DNA of 63,840 nt, filler included, from Octopus bimaculoides (lineage: Eukaryota), in assembly GCF_001194135.2 (NCBI RefSeq). It is 8 parts of 8 records of this genome, joined end to end, with 100 filler letters (N's around TTAATTAATTAA, not from the genome) between each part and the next. Parts side by side here need not be neighbours in the genome. Positions count along the whole stretch, not along the records: positions 22,482 to 29,882 come from NC_069005.1; positions 29,983 to 39,896 come from NC_068993.1; 6 more parts are not named here. One strand, written 5' to 3'. Every line of letters starts with the position of its first letter. The stretch's first letter is position 1. A program made the translations under genes and the position numbers. Below, piece by piece: positions 27,110-39,249 of this stretch. A model generated the notes under the pieces. The model worked only from the letters and a program-made list of their open reading frames with translations, had not been told where the DNA came from and searched no databases.

Positions 27110-27330
27110 ATGTGGGTATTTTTTTTCTTTTACATGCTTCAGCCATTTGACTGTGGCCATGCTGGAGCACCACCTTTGGTCGAGCAAATCCACCCTAGGA
27201 CTTATTCTTTGTAAGCCTAATACTTATTCTATCGGTCTCTTTTGCCGAGCCGTATGATAAACACACCAACATCGGTTGTCAAGCGATGGTGGGAAACAAA
27301 TACAGACGCACAAATACATCCATCCATATA
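27110..27330 (+). mobile_element. SINE/MITE-like repeat (family C)
   Basis: CATTTGACTGTGGCCATGCTGGAGCACC...TTGTCAAGCGATGGTGGG; reverse-oriented relatives at ~38530-38710, ~43130-43250 and ~63680-63840. Confidence 0.7.
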
Positions 27331-27842
27331 TATANNNNNNNNNNNNNNNNNNNNNNNNNNNNNNNNNNNNNNNNNNNNNNNNNNNNNNNNNNNNNNNNNN
27401 NNNNNNNNNNNNNNNNNNNNNNNNNNNNNNNNNNNNNNNNNNNNNNNNNNNNNNNNNNNNNNNNNNNNNNNNNNNNNNNNNNNNNNNNNNNNNNNNNNNN
27501 NNNNNNNNNNNNNNNNNNNNNNNNNNNNNNNNNNNNNNNNNNNNNNNNNNNNNNNNNNNNNNNNNNNNNNNNNNNNNNNNNNNNNNNNNNNNNNNNNNNN
27601 NNNNNNNNNNNNNNNNNNNNNNNNNNNNNNNNNNNNNNNNNNNNNNNACTGATCCCGGAACTATGTGATTGGGAAGTAAACTTCTTACCACACAGCCATT
27701 CCTGCGCCTGTATGGTTATGGTTATCTTTTGTCAATTAAACACGCGCTATTTATTTGATCTCCACTTTATTATTATTATTATTATTATCATTATTATTAT
27801 TATTATTATTATTATAATTATTATTATTATTATTATTATTAT

Positions 27843-28060
27843 TAAGCGGCGAACTGTCAGAATCGTTACCGCACAGGAAAAATTGCTTAGCGGCATTTCT
27901 TCCGACTTTACTTTCTAAGTTCAATTCTGCCGGAGTCGACTTCGCCTTTTATCCTTGTGGGATCGTTAAATAAACACCAGTTGAGTACTGGAGTTGATGT
28001 AATCGAGTTGCACCCTCCTCAATAATTGCTGGCCTTGAGCCAAAATGTGAAACAGTTATT
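27843..28060 (+). mobile_element. SINE family A, near full length, (ATT)n tail
   Basis: AAGCGGCGAACTGTCAGAATCGTTA head, B-box, core and tail. Confidence 0.85.
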
Positions 28061-28099
28061 ATTATTATTATTACTACCATTATCCTTTCCATTACCATC

Positions 28100-28632
28100 T
28101 TCTTTCAATTCTGTTTCCATTTCTTGCTGAGCGATTTCCTGACCCCTAGGGTAGAGAAACGCACTGTATACACTGGTAGGCCATTAAAATAAACACACCA
28201 GATTGTTCATTCACAAAGTCAAGTGTTAGAGAAAAAGACAGAGTGAAAAGGGAAAAAATAAAAATTAAAAAAAGTAAACGAAGAAAATGAAGGGGGGAAA
28301 GGGAAAGAAAATTCACAGCGACAATGCTCTTCTCAGTATGTGTGATGCACCAGTTAAGACAATCCTTTGCACTTCCTGCATGGATGGTAAGCCAGGGATC
28401 ATTCTTAAATAATTTTCAGGTCCTTCTTTGATCATTCCAAGGACTCCTACAATCACTGGGATTGTAACCGTCTTGAGATGCCACATCTTTTCCATTTCGA
28501 CGAGCAAATCTTTATATTTTCTGAGCTTATCAAATTCTTTGGCCGAGATATTATGGTCACAGGGTATGCTCGTGTCAATCAATAAACAGACTTTATTGTT
28601 TTGGTCTTTCACAAAAATATTTGGTTTACTTG
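28100..28632 (-). mobile_element. R4/Dong-like RLE endonuclease 3' fragment
   Basis: KPNIFVKD..KVCLLIDTSIPCD....KEFDKLRKYKDL (PD..D/E..K-type restriction-like endonuclease)...GASHILRRALSL*. Confidence 0.88.
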
Positions 28633-28745
28633 CTTTGATGGACCGTCTGACGGGCGATACCTGTCCCTTCCACAGGAAGCGGAAGAGCAAACGCACCAGC
28701 CCATTCAGCCACGAAGCGAGGCAAGGGACAACAGTCAGGCGGTAG
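28633..28745 (-). mobile_element. L1/Tx1-like ORF2 fragment
   Basis: RLLFRFLWKGQVSPVRRS resembles the L1/Tx1 post-RT F.FLWKG motif. Confidence 0.5.
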
Positions 28746-29130
28746 TATATGATGCATGCGATCTGTTATTTATTCGTAAATATACAATTATTTTCGCTTT
28801 GTTGTATAGACGAAAGGCGTTCGTCTGTTGTATGTGAATAATTCTTGCTTTCTTTTTCTTGTTTTCGTTCTTCTATACATTCGTTTGCTTTTCCCAGAAG
28901 CTTAATACTTTTAGTTTAATACTCTAGCGCTGGTCAGATTTGAGCGGTTTTAGGGGTAAAAAAGCGCGAAACTGCTATGACTTTCCGGGTACTGACTGAC
29001 AAGGAAATCGGCTGCGAATGGTCTGTGTATCTTGCTTTTGTCTAGTTTCCCGTTTGTTATGTTATCGTCTATTTTTCCGTATGTTGCCTTTTGATGGATT
29101 TTCGCTTGTGTTTTGTCTGTGCTACCCTTG

Positions 29131-29169
<39 letters not shown>

Positions 29170-29603
29170 CGTCTTCACTTAACATAAAAAAACAAACTTC
29201 AAGTACTCTATCAATCTCTAAACTTTGATGCAATATATCGTGAAAAAATTCTTTAAACTGTTATGAATCAAATTCGTCCCATAACATTTGAATTACCGAG
29301 AAATATTCCGAAATATCTCGGATGTTTTTACAGATCCAGAATACTCAGTTCCAGAGAGAGTTAATGGATAACCAAAGTAGAGTTTCTTTGCTAAAACATG
29401 AAATCTGTAAAATAAAACTATTACTCTAGAAATATCTTTAACCCGTATTTGGATTTCCGGTCTATTTCATCCTTGATTCAGAAATGTTCATCGGTACATA
29501 CGTATGTATGTACCTACATACATGTGTACAAAACATAAATAGATATATAAACATGTGTGTGCGTGCGCGCGTGTGCATCAATGTGTGTATGTATTATATA
29601 CAT

Positions 29604-29650
<47 letters not shown>

Positions 29651-29882
29651 TACATATATATACATACATATATGTTTGTATGCATACATACATATTTGTA
29701 TACATACATGCACACACATATATATATGTTTGTATACATACATACACACACACATATATATGTATACATACACGCATACACACACATACATATATATATG
29801 TGTGTATACACACAAACACACATACGTCTCTATATCTATATACATATATCTATATACATACATATATATATATATATATATA

Positions 29883-29982
29883 NNNNNNNNNNNNNNNNNN
29901 NNNNNNNNNNNNNNNNNNNNNNNNNNTTAATTAATTAANNNNNNNNNNNNNNNNNNNNNNNNNNNNNNNNNNNNNNNNNNNN
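29883..29982. other. synthetic scaffold spacer
   Basis: TTAATTAATTAA at 29927-29938. Confidence 0.95.
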
Positions 29983-30202
29983 ATAATAAAAAAATATTCA
30001 GACAAATACATAACAAAAACACCAGGACTTACAAATATATATAACATACAGAAAATTGCACTACTGGGTACTGCACACATTCTACGCAAAACACTTTCAA
30101 TACAGTAAACATAAGAGCACCACAGCAAACCACAGCACATACCCAAGGCGCACAGAGCTGCGCTCGGTAGTGAAGTGAAAGTACGTTATAAAAATAAAAC
30201 TA

Positions 30203-30240
<38 letters not shown>
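29983..30240 (+). mobile_element. R4/Dong-like 3' end with (AAT)n tail
   Basis: PGLTNIYNIQKIALLGTAHILRKTLSIQ*, then 3' UTR, then (AAT)n. Confidence 0.85.
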
Positions 30241-30242
<2 letters not shown>

Positions 30243-31091
30243 TTGTTAAAGGACTGACGTAACTTCTCACAAAGGTAAATAGACGATAAGAAGAGCACGA
30301 TGTGATTGCAATAGATATTTCATTGATCGAACGATATTTCGACAGCTTGCCTATTTTTGTCGAGTTGAAAATGTCGAGTTGAGAATATTCTGAATCTGCT
30401 ACACTTTCAGTCCTTAAAATTCATGGGGAGAAATATGTTAGCAAGTTATTAACAACACGTACCCGAGGGATTAAATGTCTTGCAAACAACTCGCACATGC
30501 AAGTGCTACCAGTCAAGAACTCCGCATACCGGAAGCCAGCAAGTGTATGGGGCCATCAGGAGAGAATGCGCGCCGTTTCGGGGCCTACCTCTCGACGGCA
30601 TCAATGCGCACCGGCCCCCTCACTGATATGAGGCCCCGCTTGCTAGATCAACTATTATTAAAACAAAGCTCAATATTTCTCTAGCCATCGCTCATCGTCA
30701 CTTTTTAACCAAATCCAGTGGCTAGCCTTCTCCACTGTATTTTGGATATCGGTCATGGTGGTATTTACCTTACGATGAGTTAGGCCTAACGATAACAGCA
30801 GTCATCTCACACAGAATTTCATCATATTTATACAAAACTGTTTGATTAAATATACTTTTCTCTCTTTTTCTTCTTATCTGTTGAAAACTAGAAAATTGAA
30901 GACTGATAGGGTAATTCAATCAACGTGAGAATGCTGGTTGCCCGCGTTTTAATTTTGGATTTGAATTTCTATAATTTTGAATTTCTATGTATCACTTTTC
31001 GTTTTCGACTCGACAAAGACAGGCAAGCTGTTGAAGTATCGTTCAATCAATAGAATATTTATTGGAATCGCATCGCGCTCTTCGCATTGTC

Positions 31092-31152
<61 letters not shown>

Positions 31153-31649
31153 CATCCATGGATGGAGTTTATAAATATCTTAATGTATCGCTACGCGCGT
31201 TTCCACAAATTGCATATGTTTTGAGACCATAATCCGAGTTCTTGGAATGATTAGAATACAATTTGTCAGGCACGTTGTCACAGAAAGACACGTGTATGAA
31301 ATTACAAAGAACATGCGGAAATGCGATTTACCTATAGAAGAATTGAAACAATACGCGAGAATGCGATGTCGCTACAGAGAAAAAGAATATGAGTTCAAAT
31401 AATAATCGTATACGCAGTCTCATTTCTACACAAATACACGTAAAAGTAATGTTTATAAGGTTCACGCACGCACTGGTACATTTCATACATGAACAAGACA
31501 ACGTAGAACACAGTGTTAAACAAATTAAACGAGACAAATAATAATAAGAATAAATATAAAATGCAACACGTCTCATTTTAAATAGAGACAAAAAAAACAG
31601 ATATGCTCGGTAATAAATATTCGAAAAGAAATAAAGAGAAATTTTTATC

Positions 31650-34620
31650 TATGAAAAATAAAACCAAAAGAGAACCGTGGACAGAAGACGACTACATCGA
31701 AGTGTTATATGCATTCTACATTGCTACACGAGAAACACAGGGATAACAAGAGAAACATACCAAATATGGAAAAGAAAAAAATACTAATAGAAGGGGAAAT
31801 GTCTCGGAGAATACTCGTGAGAATGTCTGATGATATATCCTGCGAGTGGGAGAACCACCCCAAACCGAAATAGACAAAATAACAGATAAAATGTACACAG
31901 ATAATGAAACAAAACACCTCGTAGCTAAAAGGTAATCTGGCAAAAACAGCACACCAGACATTATATCTCCGAAAACGCATGACACCACATAAGAAAAACG
32001 GAAACACAACAGAGATAATACTACGAACAGTAAATAAAAGGCTAAACCAGAAGAAAATCTCCGCACAGCTACCCAATCCAGAAATAAATCGAACAGTACA
32101 ACACAGCAAATCAACAACACATCTAGACAGTCGATTACTGAAGCAGAAAACAACAAACAAAATAGCACACACAATAACAGACCGGCTATAACCGAGGACG
32201 GTGATGAACCGAGTGAAGAAATAACAAAAGTAGAAGTTGAATTAAACATCACACAGTCGATAAATATGGACCAGCGTGAAGGTCTCTCCAGGCTACAGAA
32301 AAATAAACAGCTCTATGGAAGGAGAAATAGATGCAACAGAGCCTTACAAATAATAATGAACATATCAAAAGATACTCTAGATATCAACAAAGGAAATGAC
32401 TGATCTACTCAACAGCTGGATTTGACACTTACAAAGAAAAAGAAAATTCCAAGCAAATCTCAAACCCCAAAATAGAAACAGATCATAATTAATAAAATTC
32501 AATAACAAAAGAAAGACTTAACACTACTTTGTGGATTAGAGCAAACAGGATCAGATAAGAAAAAAATTTTAAAAGCCCATATAACAAAACAATACAACAT
32601 GAAAAAATAAAGAAGATACCTGGGAATTAAAAGGAAAAAAATTAAACAGGGCACAGCAGCAAAAACTTGCCGCATAAACGGTATGAAAAACGGAATTCAA
32701 AATAAACACAAAAGTTTTTATAGAAAATTAAACAAAAAAACTATATCAATAGATGCCATGCCAACATCAGCGGTTCAGTCATGCTGGAGTAAACCAAAAA
32801 AACAAAAAAAAAACACAACAAAATATGCTCAGCAGATAAGTAGGGAAAAGGAAAGGAAGAACGCAATAAAACAACAGATGTGGCCCACCATCACGGGCCA
32901 AGAGATCATGGACACGTTGAGGAGTACCAGCAACTGAAAAACCCTAGGGGTACATAAGGTCCCCAAATTCTGGTTGAAACACTATAACCACTAAGCAGCA
33001 GCGTTCAATTTATTGATAAACGAGCCAGGATCAACACCAAACTGGATGTTAGAAGGACAAACCATCCTAATTCCGAAAAACAAAGACACCGTACACCTAC
33101 AGAATTTCAGATCAATAACATGCCTATCAATATCTACAAAACTCTAACATCAGTCATCTATAATAGACTTTGAAAGCCCCTGGAGAAAAATAATGTTTTA
33201 CCAGAAGAACAAAAAGGGTGCCGAAGAGGAATGAATGGCTGTAAGGAGTAACTTCTGGTAAACATGACCATTTTAAAGGACTGTAAGAGAAGAAAGGCAT
33301 GGACTTGACTTGGATTGATTACCAGAAAGCATTCGACAGTGTTCCACGCTCATAGATACTGGAGTCTCTCCATACAAATAAAGTAGCTCTAACACTATTA
33401 AATATATCAAACATGCGATGCCAAACCAGTATAATAATGAAAAATGAATCAAGTCATTAAAACCTGCCGTATACCTATAACAAGGCGGATTTTCTATTAC
33501 CCTTGCTAGTTTGCCTTGCTCAGACACCGCTAACAAACTCGTTAATTAAAACCACCATGGGTTATAGGCACTATGGACAAAAAATAAACTATTTCCTGTA
33601 CATGAATGACATAAAACTTTCCGCTAAAAGTATCATGGAACAGAGAAACCTTATCAAAATCGTCCAGAGTTTCAGCAATGACATCGGAATGAGCATGGGG
33701 TTGGACAGAGTCACACTGAGAAGAGGCAAATTATTCAGCGCTGAAAACACTGCACTCGACATGGGTACAGAAATCAGAGAATTAGACCACAACTGCCTGT
33801 ACAAATATCTAGGAATAGACGAAACAGTTAAAATACAATACACAGAGAAAGAGAAAATTAGGAGAGAGTATTACAGAAGTGTTAGACTAATATCAAACAC
33901 TGAATTCAATGCTAAAAGTAAGATAATAGGGATAAAACGCTAGCCACATCAGTCATAAATTGCACCTTCAACATAATGAACTGGAAGATCAGTGAATTGA
34001 AAAACCTAGAAAGAAAGCCCTGAAAACTAATAGCAGCGTATCAAAGTCATCACCCCAATGCAGATGCAGATAGAATATATCTACCCCGCTCAGAAGGAGG
34101 CCGTGGCCTGATACAGATAGAAACCTATCATAAAATGACAACAGTTGGACTAGCAAAGTACTAAGAAACAAAAAAGTGGAAGACTACTGCATGTAGTAAA
34201 GCAACACAAGAAAAATAAAACGCCTTTCTCAATACATAAGAAGGCGATAAAATACAAAACAGAAACAAACTACACTGATACATTGACCTCAGATGAAAAC
34301 ATTGCAGAAATGGTCAAAGAGACAAAGAACAATATGAAAACTGAATTGCAAAATATACTGAAGAAGAAATGGAGAGAAAAAAGTCACATCATGGCGAATA
34401 CCCTGCAAGGCTTGACAGAGGGAAAGTGAGCCTAAGTAAAAGCCAACAATGGCTCAAAAGGTCTGGACTAAAAGCCGAAACGAAAGGACTGATTCTAACT
34501 GCTCAAGACCAATGCCTGACTACAAACAATTATAAAAACAAAATAATGAAAACAGGCCTCAACACCAAATGCAGAATTTGCAACCAGTACAATATATATA
34601 TAAACTGGCAACCCCATCGA
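31650..34620 (+). mobile_element. R4/Dong-like non-LTR retrotransposon, degraded, RLE missing
   Basis: KREPWTEDDYIEVLYAFY N-terminus; FRSITCL..Y, EEQKGCRRG, IDYQKAFDSVPH, Y(M)NDIKL, YKYLGI, AQDQ..T.NY, CRIC; many frameshifts. Confidence 0.85.
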
Positions 34621-34654
34621 GCTTGCTTGGTGTTTGTTGGACACACAAGGACAG

Positions 34655-34835
34655 ACAAAGGGATTAAGTCAATTACATCGACCCAAGTGCGTAACTGGTA
34701 CTTAATTTATCGACCCCGAAAGGATGAAAGGCAAAGTCTACCTTGGCAGAATTTGAACTGAGAACGTAAAGTCAGACGAAATACTGCTAAGCATTTCGAC
34801 CGGCGTGCTAACGTTTCTGCCAGCTCGCCGCCTTT
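34655..34835 (-). mobile_element. SINE family A
   Basis: Reverse complement of head and core; ends CAGCTCGCCGCCTT. Confidence 0.88.
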
Positions 34836-35632
34836 GGCAGTAGTCTCCTGCTGAACAAGTTACGTAAACTCTTCTCTTTAATCTGGGAATCAGGATCAGT
34901 CCCACAGGAGTTTAAAGACGCTTCTATTGTCCCTCGTTAAGAGTACAACGGCAACAAAAGTGAATGTGACAACCATAGAGATATCCCTTTTGTGTGTTAT
35001 CGGGAAGATCAATGAGAGGGTTTAAACAGACTAAATCATGTCCTTGCAAGCTTGGTGTTGCCTAAATATCAATGTGGATTTCGGGCTGGTAGAGACAAGT
35101 GGATATAATTTTCAGCCTAAGGCAACTGCAAGAAATGTCTCGTAAGCACAACCGATATCTTCTTGTCACTTTTGTAGATCTGACTAAAGCTTTCGACACC
35201 GTATCTAGGGATGCCATTTGGGTTGTCCTTAGAAAGCAACCTGAGAGATGTTGAATGTCATCATTTCTTTTCATCAAGGAATGATGACATCTGTCAGATC
35301 TAGTGGGGAAGTGTCCGATTCATTTACAGTCTTAGATGGGACAAAAAGATTGTGTTCTTGCACCACTCTTATTTGCTTTGGATTTCTCCATCATGTTGGT
35401 AACAACTTTCGTGTGTGTTAAAGGAATAAAATTTGAGTATAGAACTGGTGGAGGCTTTTTCAACCAACAGCGCTTCGAAGCAAAAATGAAAACTTTAGTG
35501 CAAACAGTTCGAGATTTGCTCTTCGCAGACGATTGTGCACTTGTAGGACATGCAATGGATTCTATACATCTTGAGGACATTATTTACTTTATTTACATTT
35601 GACGGATATTTGTCCTCATCTTGTTTGTTGTT

Positions 35633-35678
35633 AATACAACGTTTCGGTTGATATATCCTCCAGCCATCATCAGGTGCC
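35633..35678 (-). ncRNA. minimal type-I hammerhead ribozyme motif
   Basis: ggcac-CTGATGA-T-ggctg(gaggatatat)caacc-GAAA-CGTT-gtatt; one mismatch each in stems I and II. Confidence 0.65.
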
Positions 35679-35774
35679 TTGGGGAAATTTCGAACCTGGG
35701 TTCGCATTCCTAAGGTATTTTTCGATGTTGTTGTTGTTGTTGTTGTTGTTATTATTATTATTATTATTATTATT

Positions 35775-35849
35775 CAGGTCACTGTCTGGAATCGAACTTG
35801 GAATCTTGGGGTTAGTAACCCGCGCTTTTAACCACTACGCCATATGCCC
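35775..35849 (-). other. tRNA-like module (A box TGGCGTAGTGG, B box GTTCGATTC)
   Basis: D/anticodon/T-arm spacing of a tRNA, but weak acceptor stem and an ACT anticodon; SINE-head-like, not a functional tRNA. Confidence 0.7.
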
Positions 35850-35985
35850 GTGGGCAATTATGTAGGGAATTTTAGAGCTTACATATGTGTTCTAACATAT
35901 GTGCTGATTCTTTTAGTTTTCGTATTTTCCAGTGGTGTTCTCTATCTGTTATTGGAATGAGAACCCAGGTTCGAGATTTCCGCAA

Positions 35986-36031
35986 GATACCTGATGAAGA
36001 CTGGGAGGTATATCAGCCGAAATGTTGTGTT
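35986..36031 (+). ncRNA. minimal type-I hammerhead ribozyme motif (inverted copy)
   Basis: gatac-CTGATGA-A-gactg(ggaggtatat)cagcc-GAAA-TGTT-gtgtt. Confidence 0.6.
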
Positions 36032-36884
36032 AACAACAAACAAGATGAGGACTAAATATCCGTCAAATGTAAATAATGTAAATAATGTACATAATTCCTC
36101 ATCTCTTAAATATAGAACTGAACTTGAGGACATGTTATGGATTCTAAACTTCTCGTGTGCTTCGAAGGATTTTGGTCAGACCATTAGCATAAAAAAAACT
36201 GAGCTTGGCCATCAGCCCTTCCCGCTGCTGTGTCTACTGTATATGTCTTTCGGTAAGCTTTAACAAAGGCATTGAGACAGCTACGACGTCAATGTATATA
36301 AGTCGGTCTTCTTGCCAAGATTGCTTTATGCTGCTGAATATTGGACTCAATAACAAATGCACATCAACCAGCTTGAAACCTTTCATACGCGATGCTTGCG
36401 TATCGCCAACATAAAACTGAGTGATCACATTCATAAGAGTGAGATATTAACAAAATGTAACATATCAGGTATTGATACAGTGTAGATGGTCAGGTCATCT
36501 CTCACGTATGAGTGATATCAAAATTCCGAAGCATCTTCTCTTTGGCCAATTCTCAAAGGAAGGTTAGTTGAAAGGCGACTTTTGCGCTTCAGAGACAAAC
36601 TAAAAGACAAATCTAAAGTGATGCAACATCCCCTTTTTTTTCTTGTGCAAACAAAGCATCAGAACGCAGGACCTGACATCAGTCCTGCTTCTCCCCAGCT
36701 CAAAGATTTGAACAAACTCGAATCAAACATCGGGACCAACTTCATGCAAGCATGAAGTCACGTTGGCAAAACGCTGCTCCTCTAAATGGAAACCTTACAT
36801 GTCATTGTGATTTTGTTGCACGAAGCAAAGCAGGCCTTCCCGTTCACTTAAGAAACAAAATGAAAATAACAGACACCTTCTTTT

Positions 36885-37686
36885 AACAGGTATATTTACC
36901 AAAATTACAAAGAAATATCTTGAAATACTAAAGAGTATATTTATTTAATAAAATCGCCATTGGCTTCAACCACGGCCCCCGGACAACTCCGGAATCTCCT
37001 GCAACTTTTCTGGATGGTCTCTTTGTTTAAGTTGGTGAATGCTGCCATAATCCTTGCCTTCAGTTCACCTTTGGTGTTACAAAGAGTTTTAGTTGTCTCT
37101 CGCTCAACTGCGGCTCACACATGATGATGAAGCGGGTTGCAGTTTGGGGAGTTAGGTGGCCAGATGTTACAGGTAATATGGTCGCAGAAATTGTCTGACA
37201 ACCATGATTGGGTTCTCTTGCCTGTGTGGCATGGTGCAGAATCCTATTGTCAAACATAGGATTTGTCACCTTCTTGACCCAAGGCAGCATTACCTCCTAC
37301 AGGCATTTGATGTAGGCCTCCTTGTTGAGTTCGAGGCCGTGTGGGAAGATGAATGGAGACATAACGTCACCATCACTAGTGATCCCTCGAAACAATATGA
37401 TGTTGACTGGATGTTTGACTTTTATCACTATCGGTATATGTCCTCACATTGTACCCAAACTCTTTGAAATGTTCGCATTGAGGCTTCCGCCGCGAATGCC
37501 AAGCGGTATAGCATGTCGTTTCCAAATTTCTGCTAGAGTGAATTGCTTCATGGTACTCTTTTTCTCACAGATGGTGCCCAACTGACTCTACTATCTTGTT
37601 TAGTCGACAAAATCATAATCAAGCAATGCACATGCGCAAAATTAAAATTATAAGATGGCGACAATTTACGCATCACACTCTGTATA
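36885..37686 (-). mobile_element. maT/DD37D-like transposon, second copy
   Basis: MLPWVKKV...; homologous to 6250-7015; ends CATCACACTCTGTA-TA. Confidence 0.8.
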
Positions 37687-37851
37687 TATACCAGCCAGCA
37701 CATATTAACTTCCATCTACTGTCCCCCACCACACATGAGCTACAACTTTTCCATCTCTCGCTTTTCTAACTGTACTAACCACGGTTCCTTTTAGCAGCCG
37801 TAGCTTATGATCATCAACCCATATACACGCTACATACATACATACATACAT

Positions 37852-37882
<31 letters not shown>

Positions 37883-38339
37883 AAAATACCTTGTAGATGT
37901 TGAAATTCCAATGAAGGCACCTTGGATCTAGGTTAAAAACCGGCTCTTTCTGTATTGAGTCGACTTCGACCTCACGCACTCCAAAGTACCCTCCGCCAGA
38001 ATGTCGGGCAACATTTCACAGACCCTCTCCACTCTATTGACATGATCTACCGACAAGACAGAACAAGAGAACCAGTGCCAGTGGGAATCTCTGGCTATGG
38101 ACTGTGGAACAGTGATAATCACAAACGCAAGATCCCCAGTACATCAAATGCCCTGCCCTGCAAATACAGTTTTATACCAGGGTGACCTTCTCCTAGAGAC
38201 AATCTTTAAAAAATAAACGAGGGGTTCCTCACTCGGAATGGTTTTCAAACACGCCGGATACTGACCCGGAATTTCTGAGAGCCTGCTATTGCTAGATAAT
38301 CGTTGAACCGACACATACATACATACATACATACATACA

Positions 38340-38500
38340 TGCGCAAGCGTGGTTGTGTGATAACAAGTTTTGCTTCCCAGCCACATGGTTCCGGGTTCAA
38401 TCCCACTGCGTGGCACCTTGACTGTCTTCTGCTCTTGCTTCAGGCTGACCAAAGCCTTGTAAATGGGTTGGTGGACGGAAACTGAAGTCCGTTGTATATA
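38340..38500 (+). mobile_element. tRNA-derived SINE family B
   Basis: GGTTCCGGGTTCAATCCCACTGCGTGGCACC B-box head; second copy at 42295-42460. Confidence 0.85.
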
Positions 38501-39249
38501 TGCATATGCGTGTGTGTATGAATTTTTCCCGTATTACAGCTTGACAGCTGGTGTTGATTTGCTTACGTCATTGTAACTTAGAAGTCTGACAAAAGAGAAC
38601 AATAGAACACGTGTCAGGCTTTACATAATAATAATAATAAGTAATAGGGTCGATTTCTTCGATTGCAATTTCTTCAAGGTAGTTCCCCAGTATAATGACT
38701 GAAACAAAAAATAAATGGCAACAGATATATAATACATATAGTGTTGACTTTATATCATTATCGATACTCTATGAGTGAAAACCTGGGAGAATTTGATTCT
38801 GTAGATTGTATTCCATGGTTTAATTCTTAGGTCCGAGTGATTTGTGTTCAAGTAGGAACTGGAGGAAATGTTTTGAGTCATATTATTCAGAGTAACCAGA
38901 AAAACTCAGTTATGCAATGTCGGTGGATTTGTGTTTTCATATTTTATATAATTTTTTTTTATCATCAGAATAATGTCGCTTATCCACTGGTTATCGATAT
39001 TGAACTACATGGCTTGAATGGCAACTACGACGTTCTTGTTCATAAACATGCGTTTACGATGTCTTTCTCGGAAAGCCGAATTTCTTTTTTATTCGAATCA
39101 TTCATCTTATGTAACATCCTGTGTATTAAAGTTTACAATTCAAAATAAGAACGCTGGCACCAATCTTTGATGTGTATGTTGTATTTGGCCATTGTGCATA
39201 AGTCTCTGTCGTCAGGAAGCCGTTTCTTCGATAAATAATTCTCTATAGA

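Larger units (their letters stand above)
35581..36122 (-). mobile_element. 5'-truncated Penelope-like element with inverted pLTR segment and 11-bp TSD
   Basis: CTTGAGGACAT at 35570-35580 and 36123-36133; minus-strand ITDREHHWKIRKLKESAHML (GIY-YIG C-terminal tail) at ~35890-35952; inverted arms 35581-35710 and 35954-~36095. Confidence 0.8.
34836..36880 (+). mobile_element. BovB-like RTE LINE (RT and C-terminus), interrupted by a PLE insertion
   Basis: QCGFRAGR..VDIIFSLRQLQE, FVDLTKAFDTVSR, GCVLAPLLF, YRTGGGFFNQQRFEAK, LLFADDCAL | FGQTISIKKTE, FHTRCLR. Confidence 0.88.

Noticed and set aside
28313-28696. 127-aa ORF that looks like a novel fusion protein
   Set aside because: Chance in-frame junction of an L1/Tx1-like fragment with an R4 RLE tail
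30538-30644. Assignment of the GC island to HDV-like, twister or hammerhead ribozyme, SECIS, 7SK or RNase MRP
   Set aside because: Strand order and conserved nucleotides did not fit any of these by eye; left unassigned
35775-35849. Functional tRNA gene (anticodon ACT)
   Set aside because: Acceptor stem pairs poorly, the ACT anticodon with a short variable arm is atypical, and it is embedded in a retroelement
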